From positions 670 through 64,669 of the forward strand of contig JAYUUV010000009.1 in the NCBI GenBank assembly GCA_043754695.1: a stretch of 64,000 nucleotides of DNA, given 5' to 3'. Source of the DNA: Planctomycetota bacterium. Lineage in GTDB: Bacteria; Planctomycetota; UBA1135; GCA-002686595. This document shows positions 1 through 8,846 of this stretch, piece by piece. The position numbers were made by a program, and so were the translations under genes. Under the pieces are notes generated by a model. It had not been told where the DNA came from, searched no databases, and saw nothing but the letters and a program-made list of their open reading frames with translations. How positions within the stretch are numbered: position 1 is the stretch's first letter; each line of letters opens with the position of its first letter.

Positions 1-1478
1 GGATTGTTGCCCGCGGCACGGATCCAGTCGCCGAGGTTGTTCTTGCAGAACATCCCGATCGAAACGATCAGATACGCCGGTGCGACGTACTTGATGATGA
101 AACGCATGAAGCCCGGAATGCGCAGGTGCGCGCCCTCGTGGGCTTCTTTCATGCCGCGGTCCATGCCGAAGACCCAGCCGAAGCAGATCACTTGCACCGC
201 CGCAAGGACCACGATCAGGAACGTGCCGACCCAGTCATCGATCGTGCCGAGCGCAGCGAGGTCCTTCGAGAACCAGATCACCCAAAGCGATCCGAGCAGC
301 GCGACAACGGTGATGATCGCCGTCGATTTGAGGCGATTGGTTCCGAGCGCCTCTTCGACGAAGGCCACGGCCGGCTGCAGCATCGAAAGCGAACTGGTGA
401 TCGCAGCCAGGAAGAGCATGAAGAACCAGACCGCCCCGATCACATTGCCTGCGGGCATCTGCGCAAAGACCACCGGCAGCGTCGTGAATCCCAGGCCGAA
501 GGACCCGGTCGCGACCGCGGCGGCGGCGCCGGTGGCTCCAAGGAAGATGAAGGCGCTGGTCAGCGTGATCATGCCTCCGAATCCGACCTCGAAGAGTTCG
601 TTCGTCGCCGAAGCGGTCAGGCCGGACAACACGATGTCGTCCTTGCGCTTCATGTACGACGCGTAGTTGATGATCACGCCGAAGCCGACGGAGAGGCTGA
701 AGAAGATCTGCCCGGCGGCAGCCATCCAGGCGCCAGGATCCGCGAGGGCCGCGAAGTCCGCGTTCCACATGTAGCCAAGACCCGCCGTGACGGTGCGCTC
801 AGGATGGTCCGCCTGCGGCGAGAGCATCAGGACATAGGCCAGGACGATCAGCGCGCACACGGCCATCGCCGGCATGGCCCAGGTGCAGAACTTCTCGATG
901 CCTTTCGACAGTCCCTTGAACACGAACCAGACGTTCAGCGCGAACACGATCGCCCAGAAGACCACGCTCTCGACGACGTGGCCGCCGAGCATCACGCCGT
1001 CCTGGTTCTTGCCGGTGAATTCCGCGAAGTAGCTCGCCGACGATGCCGATTGCACGTCGATCGCGGCCTTGGGATCGATCCCCAGCGCCGTTCCGCCGAA
1101 GATCGCCTTGGCGTACTCCCACGCGTACGCGAGGCACCAGCCCTCGATGAACACGTAATAGAAGTAGACCGCGAGCGGGATCAGCACGCCGATCATGCCG
1201 AGGTAGCGCGCGACCGAACCGCGGCCGATGACACCCATGATCGCGGGCGCCGAATGGAATCCCTTGCGGCCGCCGTAGCGCCCCATGGTCCATTCCGCCC
1301 AGCCGATCGGGATGCCGAGAAACAGCAGCGCGCAGAAGTACGGAATCATGAACGCGCCGCCGCCATGCTGCGCCGCCTGTCCCGGGAAGCGCAGGAAGTT
1401 GCCCAGCCCGACGGCCGAACCGCTCACGGCGAGGATCACTCCCAGTCGGCTGCCCCATTCCTGTTTCTGCTGCGACAT
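1..1478 (-). CDS. Sodium-dependent transporter, SNF/NSS (neurotransmitter:sodium symporter) family; 3' end cut by the window edge
   Basis: Absent from the ORF track because no stop lies in the window. My translation of the minus strand from the ATG at 1476-1478 gives MSQQKQEWGSRLGVILAVSGSAVGLGNFLRFPGQAAQHGGGAFMIPYFCALLFLGIPIGWAEWTMGRYGG... This carries the GLGNxxRFP motif and the hydrophobic multi-TM character of the SNF family. The frame stays open to position 1. Confidence 0.8.
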   Translation of the reverse strand, partial: MSQQKQEWGSRLGVILAVSGSAVGLGNFLRFPGQAAQHGGGAFMIPYFCALLFLGIPIGWAEWTMGRYGGRKGFHSAPAIMGVIGRGSVARYLGMIGVLIPLAVYFYYVFIEGWCLAYAWEYAKAIFGGTALGIDPKAAIDVQSASSASYFAEFTGKNQDGVMLGGHVVESVVFWAIVFALNVWFVFKGLSKGIEKFCTWAMPAMAVCALIVLAYVLMLSPQADHPERTVTAGLGYMWNADFAALADPGAWMAAAGQIFFSLSVGFGVIINYASYMKRKDDIVLSGLTASATNELFEVGFGGMITLTSAFIFLGATGAAAAVATGSFGLGFTTLPVVFAQMPAGNVIGAVWFFMLFLAAITSSLSMLQPAVAFVEEALGTNRLKSTAIITVVALLGSLWVIWFSKDLAALGTIDDWVGTFLIVVLAAVQVICFGWVFGMDRGMKEAHEGAHLRIPGFMRFIIKYVAPAYLIVSIGMFCKNNLGDWIRAAGNN

Positions 1479-1715
1479 GCGTATGCCTCACGGGCCGGCG
1501 CGGGGCCGACCGAGGGACCGTGGTGGCGCGCCGGCGGGGGCCGGCGCGGTCCCGCGCGGGGACAGGGAGGGGAGCGTAGCCGTGCGGAGCGCTCTAGCGC
1601 AATCATCGAGCGCGTGGAGTACGCGTTTCGAACGCAGGTTGGCGCCCACGGGGATGAAGCCAGGCCCGTCGGCGCGTAGGATCGCCGCGCTCTCTTGTTG
1701 CTTTGAAGGAATCTC

Positions 1716-3116
1716 ATGCTCCGAATGACCCAGCGCCAATTTTCGAGCCGCCGTTTGTGTTGGACCGTCCTCGCGCTAGGCGGAGTTTTCGCCGCGGGCC
1801 TTCTGCTGGACGATGGTGTCCAAGCCGCGCCGCAGCAGCCCGACCCAGTCCGACCGACCGAGCGGAAAGTCCAGGATCCGGGCACGAGCTGGACCCAGCC
1901 ACAACTCGAACAGATCAGCCTCGAGATCCAGAAAGACGTCGAAGTCCTGCGCGGAGAAAAGTTCAAGGCCGTCGTCCCGGTCAAGCTTTCTTCGAAGGAT
2001 CAGTTCGTCAAGTACGCGCTCGAGCGCACTGAGAGCATGGATCCCGCGCCCAAACGCGCCGCGGATGAAACAATCCAGAAGATGCTCGGCCTGATTCCGC
2101 CGGACATGGATCTGCTCGCCGAGAGCATGCGCCTCTTGCAGGATCAGGTCGGCGGTTTCTACGACCCGGCTTCGAAGACGTTCTATCTGATGGACAACTG
2201 TCCCGAGGGCCTGGCCAAGATCGTGCTGGCCCACGAACTTGGCCACGCGCTCGACGATCAGCTGTACGACATCGACGGCACGCTGAAGAGAGTTGCCGAA
2301 CGCTCCGACGTGGGCGCGGCCTACCAGGCGGTCGTGGAAGGCAGCGGAACCTCGGTGATGAACCGCTGGACCGCAGGTCACATGAAGGCGCTGGACCTCC
2401 TGAGCATGGCCAAGATGCAGGACGAGCAAACCGCCTCGATGGCGCGTTCGCCGATGATCCTGTGGAAGCCGCTGCTCGCGGCGTATTTGAAGGGCGCGGC
2501 ATTCCTTGCGCGCACGGACAACGTGATGCAGGGTCAGACGCAGAGTGCGAGCAATGCCGATATCGATCTGGCTTTTCGCACGCCGCCCACTTCGAGCGAG
2601 CAGATCCTGCATCCGGAAAAATATTGGGATCGCGAACGCCGCGACGATCCCGTGCTTGTCCAGCAGAGTCTTTCGGAACTGCCGCAAGACTGGAAGTTGT
2701 TGCGCCGCGATGTGGTCGGCGAAATGGCGATCGGCGTCTGGCTCATCCCGCCCGGCGTGCGCGCAAAAGTGGATGGCAAGACAGTCGCCAATGCGCTCGG
2801 GATGGAGTACTCCGGCCCGGCCTCCGAGGGCTGGGGCGGTGACGAACTTGTGTTGCTCGGGCAGGGCGAAAAGGCGCGCGCATTGCGCTGGGTCACGGTC
2901 TGGGACAGCGCTCGCGATGCCGCCGAGTTCTTCGGCGCCGCGAACACGATGCTGTCCGAGCTCGAGGATTCACTGGCCACGCTCGCTGGCGGCAAGAAAT
3001 CAATGCTTCACGCGGAGCTCCACTACGGTTCCGAGCGCGAAGTGGTGCTCGAACTTGGCTACGGCACCAAGCGTGCGGAATGGAAAAGCGTCTTCGCTGC
3101 CTTCCATGGGAACTGA
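1716..3116 (+). CDS. Secreted HExxH metallopeptidase-like protein (family not recognised)
   Basis: 466-aa ORF with GAAGGA a few nt upstream of the ATG. It has an N-terminal hydrophobic signal-like segment (CWTVLALGGVFAAGLLL) and HELGH at residues 173-177 (nt 2232-2246). Composition is balanced, unlike the Arg/Ala-rich overlapping frames. Confidence 0.7.
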   Translation: MLRMTQRQFSSRRLCWTVLALGGVFAAGLLLDDGVQAAPQQPDPVRPTERKVQDPGTSWTQPQLEQISLEIQKDVEVLRGEKFKAVVPVKLSSKDQFVKYALERTESMDPAPKRAADETIQKMLGLIPPDMDLLAESMRLLQDQVGGFYDPASKTFYLMDNCPEGLAKIVLAHELGHALDDQLYDIDGTLKRVAERSDVGAAYQAVVEGSGTSVMNRWTAGHMKALDLLSMAKMQDEQTASMARSPMILWKPLLAAYLKGAAFLARTDNVMQGQTQSASNADIDLAFRTPPTSSEQILHPEKYWDRERRDDPVLVQQSLSELPQDWKLLRRDVVGEMAIGVWLIPPGVRAKVDGKTVANALGMEYSGPASEGWGGDELVLLGQGEKARALRWVTVWDSARDAAEFFGAANTMLSELEDSLATLAGGKKSMLHAELHYGSEREVVLELGYGTKRAEWKSVFAAFHGN

Positions 3117-3119
3117 GCG

Positions 3120-3911
3120 CTATCCGAACGCCGCGCCCAGTCGCTGACTCTGTCCACCCAGTCCGCCGGCGATGCGCCCGCACAAAAAAAACGTGCCCTC
3201 GATGCGCAGGCCGGCGCGCGGACGCTCGAGTCGATCGACGTCAAGTTGCCAGGGGCTGACGAAAAACGGCAGCGTGCGTCCAGGGGTTTCGACCTCGAGC
3301 ACATCGACGCTGCGGCGCGTCAACGGATTCTGGATCGTGCGCAGGCTGCGGATGCGCAGCGAGACGTCGATGCAGCCGCCGGGATTCTTCGAGCCATCGA
3401 GCGGCTGGATTGCAGCCGCGTAGGGCAGGCCCAGGGTCAAGGGATCGCGCGCTCCGCTGTCGGGCCCGACGTAACTGACGTCCAGTGCAAAACCCGCCAG
3501 TGACATCGCGATCACGTGTCCGCGCTCCAACCTGCGCGGCAGGCGCCGGGCATCGCTGAGCAACGCGCGCAGCGCGTACGAGTCCGGCGCGGGCGTCGTG
3601 GGATCGTCGCGCAGCGGCGGGTTGGCCCAGCCCGAGACCAGCGCGTCGTCGGGCGCATCCTCGGGCAACGTGATGGCTTCGAGCGCCACACGCACCCGTT
3701 GCGCGGAGCGATAGTGCGGGGTCAGCGACCAAAGCGCGCGGGATTCCTCGCGATCGAGGCGCACTTCCAATCCGTCGCCGAGGGCAAGCGCCAGGTGTTC
3801 TCCGGAAGGCCCGCGCCACGGCACGCGTTCGCCGCGCTCGCGGGCGAGCTGGGCCAGGGCCGCCAGGTCCTGATCCGGCGGGAACCCGATGCACTCGAGC
3901 AGGAAATTCAC
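3120..3911 (-). CDS. Hypothetical protein
   Basis: 263-aa ORF with protein-like composition (MNFLLECIGFPPDQDLAALAQLARERGE...). It is convergent with the previous gene (3-nt gap) and divergent from the M1 peptidase. No motif recognised. Confidence 0.5.
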   Translation of the reverse strand: MNFLLECIGFPPDQDLAALAQLARERGERVPWRGPSGEHLALALGDGLEVRLDREESRALWSLTPHYRSAQRVRVALEAITLPEDAPDDALVSGWANPPLRDDPTTPAPDSYALRALLSDARRLPRRLERGHVIAMSLAGFALDVSYVGPDSGARDPLTLGLPYAAAIQPLDGSKNPGGCIDVSLRIRSLRTIQNPLTRRSVDVLEVETPGRTLPFFVSPWQLDVDRLERPRAGLRIEGTFFLCGRIAGGLGGQSQRLGAAFG

Positions 3912-3976
3912 GGGCCAGGAGTTTCACGCCCTGAGGGACATACGGCAACCGCTTGCGGCGCTAAGCTCCCGCCACG

Positions 3977-6529
3977 ATGAGCGCGAATCATGCGAAAGCA
4001 GCCCTGGCGCCCGCGCGGAGCGGGTTCCGATTCCAAGGCGGGAACGTGATCTGGAGCCTGGGATTCCTGCTGGCGGTCAGCGGGTGTCACGCGACCGCGC
4101 TGGGCCCCAGCGCGATTCCCACCGAGCGTTCCCACAGCGCGCGCGAGGCGGAATTCGATGTCGAGAACTACGCGCTGGCGATCGATCTCGATCCGGTAAC
4201 GCGGCGCATCGCCGGACGGGCGACGATCCGCTTCGCTCCACGGGCGAAAAAGCTGTCGCAGATCAGCTTGGATTTCGTCGACCTGCATGTGCGCGAGGTC
4301 CAGGGCGAGCAGGGCCAAAAGCTCGAATTCAGCCATGACGATGGGGTGCTCGAAATCAAGCTTGCTCACGTTCTGCGCCCCGGCGATCTCGCAGAGATCA
4401 GCGTGGTGTACGACGGCGCGCCGCGCCGCGGGCTGTACTTCACCGACATCGAAGACGGCGTGGCCACGCAGGTCTTCACGCAGGGCGAATGCGAAGACTC
4501 GCGCGGCTGGTTTCCGTGCTTCGACTTTCCCAATGAACGCGCCACAAGCGAAGTCGCGGTCAGCATGCCGGCAGCCTGGACTTCCGTGGCCGCGGGCGAG
4601 CGTGTGGAGCGGCGCGAACTTGGCAACGGGCGCGCGCTGGAGCGCTGGCGCATGGGCACGCCCCATCCGGCGTACTTGACGACGCTCGTCGCCGGTCAGT
4701 TCGCCACGCAGACCGGCGAGTGGGACGGCATTCCGCTCGTCTATCTCGCCGATCCGAAACTCGAAGCCTACATGCAGTCGCGCTTTGCACAGACGCCGCG
4801 CGTGCTGGAGTTCCTCTCGAAGCTCACCGGCGTTCGCTATCCGTACCCGAAGTACAGTCAGGCCGCTGTCGACAACTTCCAGTTCGGCGGCATGGAGAAC
4901 ATTTCCGCGACGACGTTGACCGACACGTGGTTGACCGACGAGCGTGGCAATCGCGACGGCGCCGCGGGCGGCTTGATCGCACACGAAGCCGCGCATCAAT
5001 GGTTCGGCGACCTTTTGACCTGCGCCGACTGGTCGCACATCTGGCTCAACGAAGGCTGGGCGACCTACGCGACCGAACTGTATGTCGAGGCGACCGAGGG
5101 CCAGCAGGCCTTCGAGACTTCGATGGCCGGCGTGCGCGAGAGCTACCTCAACTCCGACGTCGGCGCTGCGCGCAGGCCGATGATCTTTGATCGCTATCGC
5201 GATCCGATGGACCTGTTCATGAGCGGGCACGCCTATCCGGGCGGTGCAAGCCGCTTGCACCAGTTGCGTTTCGAGCTTGGCGACGAGGCCTTTTTCGCCG
5301 GCGTGCGCCGCTACTTCGCGGACCAGCGCGGCAAGAGCGTGACCACGCAGGACTTTCAACGCTCGATGGAAGCCGCGAGCCAACGCGATCTGTCGAAGTT
5401 TTTCGCACAGTGGTTCTACGCCGCCGGTTATCCCCAGTTCGAGATGCGCTGGAGCTGGGATGGCGACGGCGACAAACTCAAGGTCGAAATCGAGCAGACC
5501 CAGGCTGCCGGTGGCGGAACGCCCAAGGCATTTCGCACGTCCGCGGAAATCGAGATCGTCGTCGCCGGCGGCGATTCCGCCACGACCAGGATCGAACGAG
5601 TCACGATCGACGAGCGTCATTCGACTTTCATATTCGATGCTCCCGCTCGGCCGAGTTGGGTGCTCTTCGATCCGCACGGCTGGTTGGTCGCACGCAACCG
5701 AAGCGAGAAGTCCGACAGCGAGTGGGTCGCGATCGCCAAGAATTGCCCGCATCCGCTGGCGCGCCGTGAAGCGCTGGGGGAACTGGCCAAGCTGGCGCAG
5801 GCATCGAAGGATGCACGTGTCCGCGCGCTCTATGCAGAGGTCTTCGCGACCAGGCTCCTCGCGCCCGATGATTCGGTCAGCGTGCGGCTCGCCGCGGTAC
5901 GCGCCCTGGCGACCCTCGCGCCCACATTGGGAAGCGTCGCGTTGCTCCAGGCGGCAGCAAGCGATGCCGACAGCGGCGTGCGCGTGGCCGCCATGGCGGG
6001 ACTCGCCGGATTCGCGCCGGACAAGCGCCTGAAGGACTTCGCGAAAGAACAGTTCGACGCCTGCTTCAGTTGGGGAACGATGGCCGCCGCCGCCGCGCTC
6101 GGCGCGCAGGCGGAGCCTGATTCGGCGTTCCAGATGCTGCGCTCGTTGATCCAGGCCAAGACTCCGTCGCCCCACGATGTGCTCCGCTCGTCGTTGGTCT
6201 CGACGTTTGCGGACCTGAAGGACGAGCGCGTGGTCGATGAACTCGAGCGCATCGCTTTCGACGCGCAATCCTCCGCGAGCGTGCGCGAGGCCGCGCTGCG
6301 CGGATTGGGGCGCAGCGCGCGAGCCAGGCCGCAGATCCGTCGGCGCATCGAGGCGCTGCTCGACGACGCCGACTATCGATTGCGCGGTGCCGCAATCGAC
6401 GCGCTCGGGAATCTGCAGGATCCGCAGGCACTTCCCGCCTTGCAGCGCGCGTATTCGTCGCTGGTCGATTCCAGACAGCGGCGGGCGATCGAGGCCCTGT
6501 TGCGCGCGCCGTGGGCAGCACCTCACTGA
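3977..6529 (+). CDS. M1-family aminopeptidase (aminopeptidase N-like) lipoprotein with C-terminal HEAT-like repeats
   Basis: Carries the exopeptidase motif FGGMEN, the zinc motif HEAAHQWFGD, and WLNEGWATY 18 residues later. There is an N-terminal lipobox-like LLAVSGC. The C-terminal ~250 aa consist of repeated A/L-rich helical units (…VRLAAVRALATL…, …VREAALRGLGR…, …LRGAAIDALGNL…) typical of HEAT/PBS repeats. Confidence 0.9.
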   Translation: MSANHAKAALAPARSGFRFQGGNVIWSLGFLLAVSGCHATALGPSAIPTERSHSAREAEFDVENYALAIDLDPVTRRIAGRATIRFAPRAKKLSQISLDFVDLHVREVQGEQGQKLEFSHDDGVLEIKLAHVLRPGDLAEISVVYDGAPRRGLYFTDIEDGVATQVFTQGECEDSRGWFPCFDFPNERATSEVAVSMPAAWTSVAAGERVERRELGNGRALERWRMGTPHPAYLTTLVAGQFATQTGEWDGIPLVYLADPKLEAYMQSRFAQTPRVLEFLSKLTGVRYPYPKYSQAAVDNFQFGGMENISATTLTDTWLTDERGNRDGAAGGLIAHEAAHQWFGDLLTCADWSHIWLNEGWATYATELYVEATEGQQAFETSMAGVRESYLNSDVGAARRPMIFDRYRDPMDLFMSGHAYPGGASRLHQLRFELGDEAFFAGVRRYFADQRGKSVTTQDFQRSMEAASQRDLSKFFAQWFYAAGYPQFEMRWSWDGDGDKLKVEIEQTQAAGGGTPKAFRTSAEIEIVVAGGDSATTRIERVTIDERHSTFIFDAPARPSWVLFDPHGWLVARNRSEKSDSEWVAIAKNCPHPLARREALGELAKLAQASKDARVRALYAEVFATRLLAPDDSVSVRLAAVRALATLAPTLGSVALLQAAASDADSGVRVAAMAGLAGFAPDKRLKDFAKEQFDACFSWGTMAAAAALGAQAEPDSAFQMLRSLIQAKTPSPHDVLRSSLVSTFADLKDERVVDELERIAFDAQSSASVREAALRGLGRSARARPQIRRRIEALLDDADYRLRGAAIDALGNLQDPQALPALQRAYSSLVDSRQRRAIEALLRAPWAAPH

Positions 6530-6539
6530 GCGCAGGACC

Positions 6540-7016
6540 GTGAAGACCGGTTTGAAACGCCCAGGCGATGGCGCATTGCTCGAGGACATGCGCCGCGCGC
6601 TGCTCGCGGAGTTCGGCTCCCAGGCTTTCTACGGTGAGCTCGCGCCACGCGTCAGCCACGCCGAATTGCGCGGCGTGCTCGAGCGAATGCACGCGGACGA
6701 AGCGCTGCAGATCGCGCGCCTGCGAGCAGTGATGTCAGCGCTCGGCGAACGTCCGCTCGAGCAGAGCCGGCGACGGCGCGTTTTGGCCTGGGCGCTGGCC
6801 AGTGCCTCGACCTTCACCGGCCGGCGGCTCGTGCTGCGCATCTGCGCCGAAGCGGAGCTGACGGCGTCGCGCTGGTACGCACAATTTCACGAGTACCTCG
6901 CGGCGGTCGGCGAACTCGAGCTCGCCCGCACCTGCGGCGAGATGAGCGCCTTCAAGTTGCGGCGCGCGCACGCGTTACAGCCGTGGCTCGATCAGCCGCG
7001 CGACGCGAGTCGGTAA
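6540..7016 (+). CDS. Hypothetical helical (possibly ferritin-like) protein
   Basis: The listed ORF 6237..7016 overlaps the M1 gene at its 5' end. The in-frame GTG at 6540 lies just after the M1 stop, and ATG 6588 is an alternative. The product (VKTGLKRPGDGALLEDMRRALLAEFGSQAFYGELAPRV…) is all-helical in character. The function and the start are uncertain. Confidence 0.45.
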   Translation: MKTGLKRPGDGALLEDMRRALLAEFGSQAFYGELAPRVSHAELRGVLERMHADEALQIARLRAVMSALGERPLEQSRRRRVLAWALASASTFTGRRLVLRICAEAELTASRWYAQFHEYLAAVGELELARTCGEMSAFKLRRAHALQPWLDQPRDASR

Positions 7017-7135
7017 CTCGTTTGCGAGCGCTATGATCCAGAACCTGCGGGGAGTTCTGCCCGCGTGGCATCCGTGCGCAGGGGCATAGCGCCGGAGTGT
7101 CCACTCCATCATCACCGGCCCCGAAGGACGAAGTC

Positions 7136-7798
7136 ATGAGCGAAGCGACAGTAGGCGGCATCCCGCGCATCGGCGACAAGGCACCCGATTTCACGGCCAT
7201 CACCACCCAGGGGACGCTGGAATTCTCCAAGTGGCAGGCGGGCAAGTGGGTGATCCTGTTCAGCCATCCGGCTGACTTCACTCCGGTCTGCTCGACGGAG
7301 CTGACGGAATTCGCGCGCCGTCAGGCGGAGTTCGACGCGCTCGAAACGAAGTTGATCGGACTCTCGATCGACTCGATTCACAGCCACATGGCCTGGCGCG
7401 AGAACCTGAATCAGATCCTCAAGGTCCAGATCAAGTACCCGATGATCGCCGACATCGACATGAACGTGGCACGGCTCTACGGGATGTTGCATCCCGGCGC
7501 GTCAGCGACTGCGACCGTGCGTGCCGTGTTCCTGATCGATCCCAAGGGCATCGTGCGCGCGCTGGTCTACTACCCGATGAACGTCGGGCGAAACATCGAC
7601 GAGATCAAGCGACTGCTCGAGGCGCTGCAGACCGCGGACGCGAACGGGTGCGCCTGCCCGGTGAATTGGAAACCGGGCGAAAAGGTGATTGTTCCGCCGC
7701 CCAAGAGCGAGGCTGAACTCGCGGAGCGCGACTCCCACAAGGAGTACGAGCGCGTGGATTTCTACCTCAGGAAGCGCGAATTGCCCGCCAAGAAGTAG
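7136..7798 (+). CDS. Peroxiredoxin, 1-Cys/Prx6-like
   Basis: Contains GDKAPDFTA…GKWVILFSHPADFTPVCSTELTEF, the classic peroxidatic-Cys motif. The ATG at 7136 is preceded by GAAGGA, whereas the ORF-track start at 7097 is a GTG without an obvious RBS. Confidence 0.9.
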   Translation: MSEATVGGIPRIGDKAPDFTAITTQGTLEFSKWQAGKWVILFSHPADFTPVCSTELTEFARRQAEFDALETKLIGLSIDSIHSHMAWRENLNQILKVQIKYPMIADIDMNVARLYGMLHPGASATATVRAVFLIDPKGIVRALVYYPMNVGRNIDEIKRLLEALQTADANGCACPVNWKPGEKVIVPPPKSEAELAERDSHKEYERVDFYLRKRELPAKK

Positions 7799-7872
7799 TC
7801 GCGGCGGCGGCCCAGGCCTGCACGATCAGCGATTCGTCAGCGAATCGTTCAGCGTTCCAGCACGGAGCGTAC

Positions 7873-7937
7873 GGTGCCAGGCACCTTCAACGATTCGAGT
7901 ACGAATCGCCGGAGCTGCCTGGCACCTCAGAATTTTA
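7873..7937 (+). terminator. Stem-loop between convergent genes, possible intrinsic (bidirectional) terminator
   Basis: GGTGCCAGGCAC (7873-7884) pairs with TGCCTGGCACC (7916-7926). An inner perfect hairpin CGATTCG-AGTA-CGAATCG lies at 7891-7908. The stem is followed on the plus strand by TCAGAATTTTAAAT. It abuts the stop codon of the minus-strand gene at 7927. Confidence 0.4.
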
Positions 7938-8139
7938 AATCGCGCAGGTCGTCGATCGAGAAGTCGAGGCTGACTTCATGGTCGATGTTGATCAGACGGC
8001 CGGTGCCCTTGAACTGGTTGAAGATCAGAGCCCCGTTCATGACACGGCCGTCCTTGAAGTAGAGCGTGACCTTGTCGGCCGTGCGCGCTCCAAGGAGCTG
8101 GTCGTACATGCGTTGGGAATCGGTGATTCGGCTTTTCAT
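7927..8139 (-). CDS. Small (70 aa) Sm/Hfq-like protein
   Basis: The ATG at 8137-8139 lies inside the listed ORF 7927..8259, whose upstream part is Arg/Ser-rich junk. The product is MKSRITDSQRMYDQLLGARTADKVTLYFKDGRVMNGALIFNQFKGTGRLINIDHEVSLDFSIDDLRDLKF. The segment VTLYFKDGRVMNGALIFNQF lines up by eye with the Hfq Sm1 segment [21 protein letters not shown]. Confidence 0.55.
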   Translation of the reverse strand: MKSRITDSQRMYDQLLGARTADKVTLYFKDGRVMNGALIFNQFKGTGRLINIDHEVSLDFSIDDLRDLKF

Positions 8140-8165
8140 GGAATTCGTACTTGCGGGTCGTGCGC

Positions 8166-8846
8166 CTAGTGCGGCGCCATGGAACCCGCGTGAGCGGTGA
8201 GAATGCCTGCGTGCGCAGTCAGAACATCTGAAAGACGTTCGACGAGGATCTTGGACCAAGATTCGAAGTTCGCACCTTGGTCGCTCAGGCGAACCAATTC
8301 TTCCGGGCTGACGAAACTCCCTTCGAGCAGGTCGTGCTCGCGGACTTTCACGTCGCCCTCGACGACCATCAATTGAACCAGGCCCACGTGCACCGCGCCC
8401 ACCGGATTGGAGTCGTCGTTGAGCACGCCGACTCGGGCGAGATGCGAACGGCCACTGACCTCGACCTCTTCGCGGATTTCGCGCCGCGAACCGTTGTCGA
8501 TCGGACTGTGACTGAGGGTGCCGGAAGGATCGACGGTCGCGATCGCGTCCTCGGGATTGATGTGCCCGCCGACTCCGATCGAAAGTTTGTTGGCGAGTCT
8601 CGCTTCGCCGCCCTTCGACAGGCGACGCATCAGGAAGATATCGCCATGGCGCACGACCACGGTGTACGGGATGACCTGCTTCAAGTTGGGATTGGTTTCG
8701 GCGTGCGAGCGCTGCACGAAAAATCCACGACGTGTGACCGTCTCCTCGAACGCGGCCAGCGGTAATTCGCCGCCGAAGGGCGTCAAGCCCTGCGGGTAGC
8801 AGTCGCGAAACAGCTCGTTGCGCGGCACGACGAAGACGAATTCCAT
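8166..8846 (-). CDS. NUDIX-family hydrolase
   Basis: 226-aa ORF with a Nudix-box-like GVGGHINPED…NGSRREIREEVEV (GX5EX7REUXEEXGU pattern, loosely). It is co-directional with, and 26 nt upstream of, the Sm-like gene. Confidence 0.7.
   Translation of the reverse strand: MEFVFVVPRNELFRDCYPQGLTPFGGELPLAAFEETVTRRGFFVQRSHAETNPNLKQVIPYTVVVRHGDIFLMRRLSKGGEARLANKLSIGVGGHINPEDAIATVDPSGTLSHSPIDNGSRREIREEVEVSGRSHLARVGVLNDDSNPVGAVHVGLVQLMVVEGDVKVREHDLLEGSFVSPEELVRLSDQGANFESWSKILVERLSDVLTAHAGILTAHAGSMAPH

Noticed and set aside
1479-1715. Riboswitch/leader upstream of the SNF transporter. The GC-rich nested hairpin on the minus strand is GGGACCGCGCCGGCCCCCGCCGGCGCGCCACCACGGTCCC.
   Set aside because: There is no match to any riboswitch consensus I know (glycine, etc.). 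Such helices are expected by chance in DNA this GC-rich. The region is also a divergent promoter spacer.
3908-6589. 893-aa minus-strand ORF antisense to the M1 aminopeptidase. Similar very long antisense or out-of-frame ORFs are 126..1679, 13629..16190, 14749..17841, 16206..18011, 37357..39114, 48628..50292, 55529..57259, 58939..60843 and 62067..63683.
   Set aside because: Their translations are dominated by Arg/Ala/Gly/Pro with no motifs. They overlap genes that do have clear family signatures. In DNA this GC-rich, stop codons are rare in all frames, so ORF length is not evidence of coding.
7039-7059. Inverted repeat CAGAAC-N9-GTTCTG upstream of the peroxiredoxin gene as an OxyR/PerR-type operator
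   Set aside because: The half-sites are only 6 bp and do not match the known PerR/OxyR consensus. The evidence is too weak to call.
8166-8235. Seven-residue tandem duplication at the NUDIX C-terminus (LTAHAGI / LTAHAGS)
   Set aside because: It is real in the sequence but short and terminal. It is most likely a slippage duplication without functional implication.
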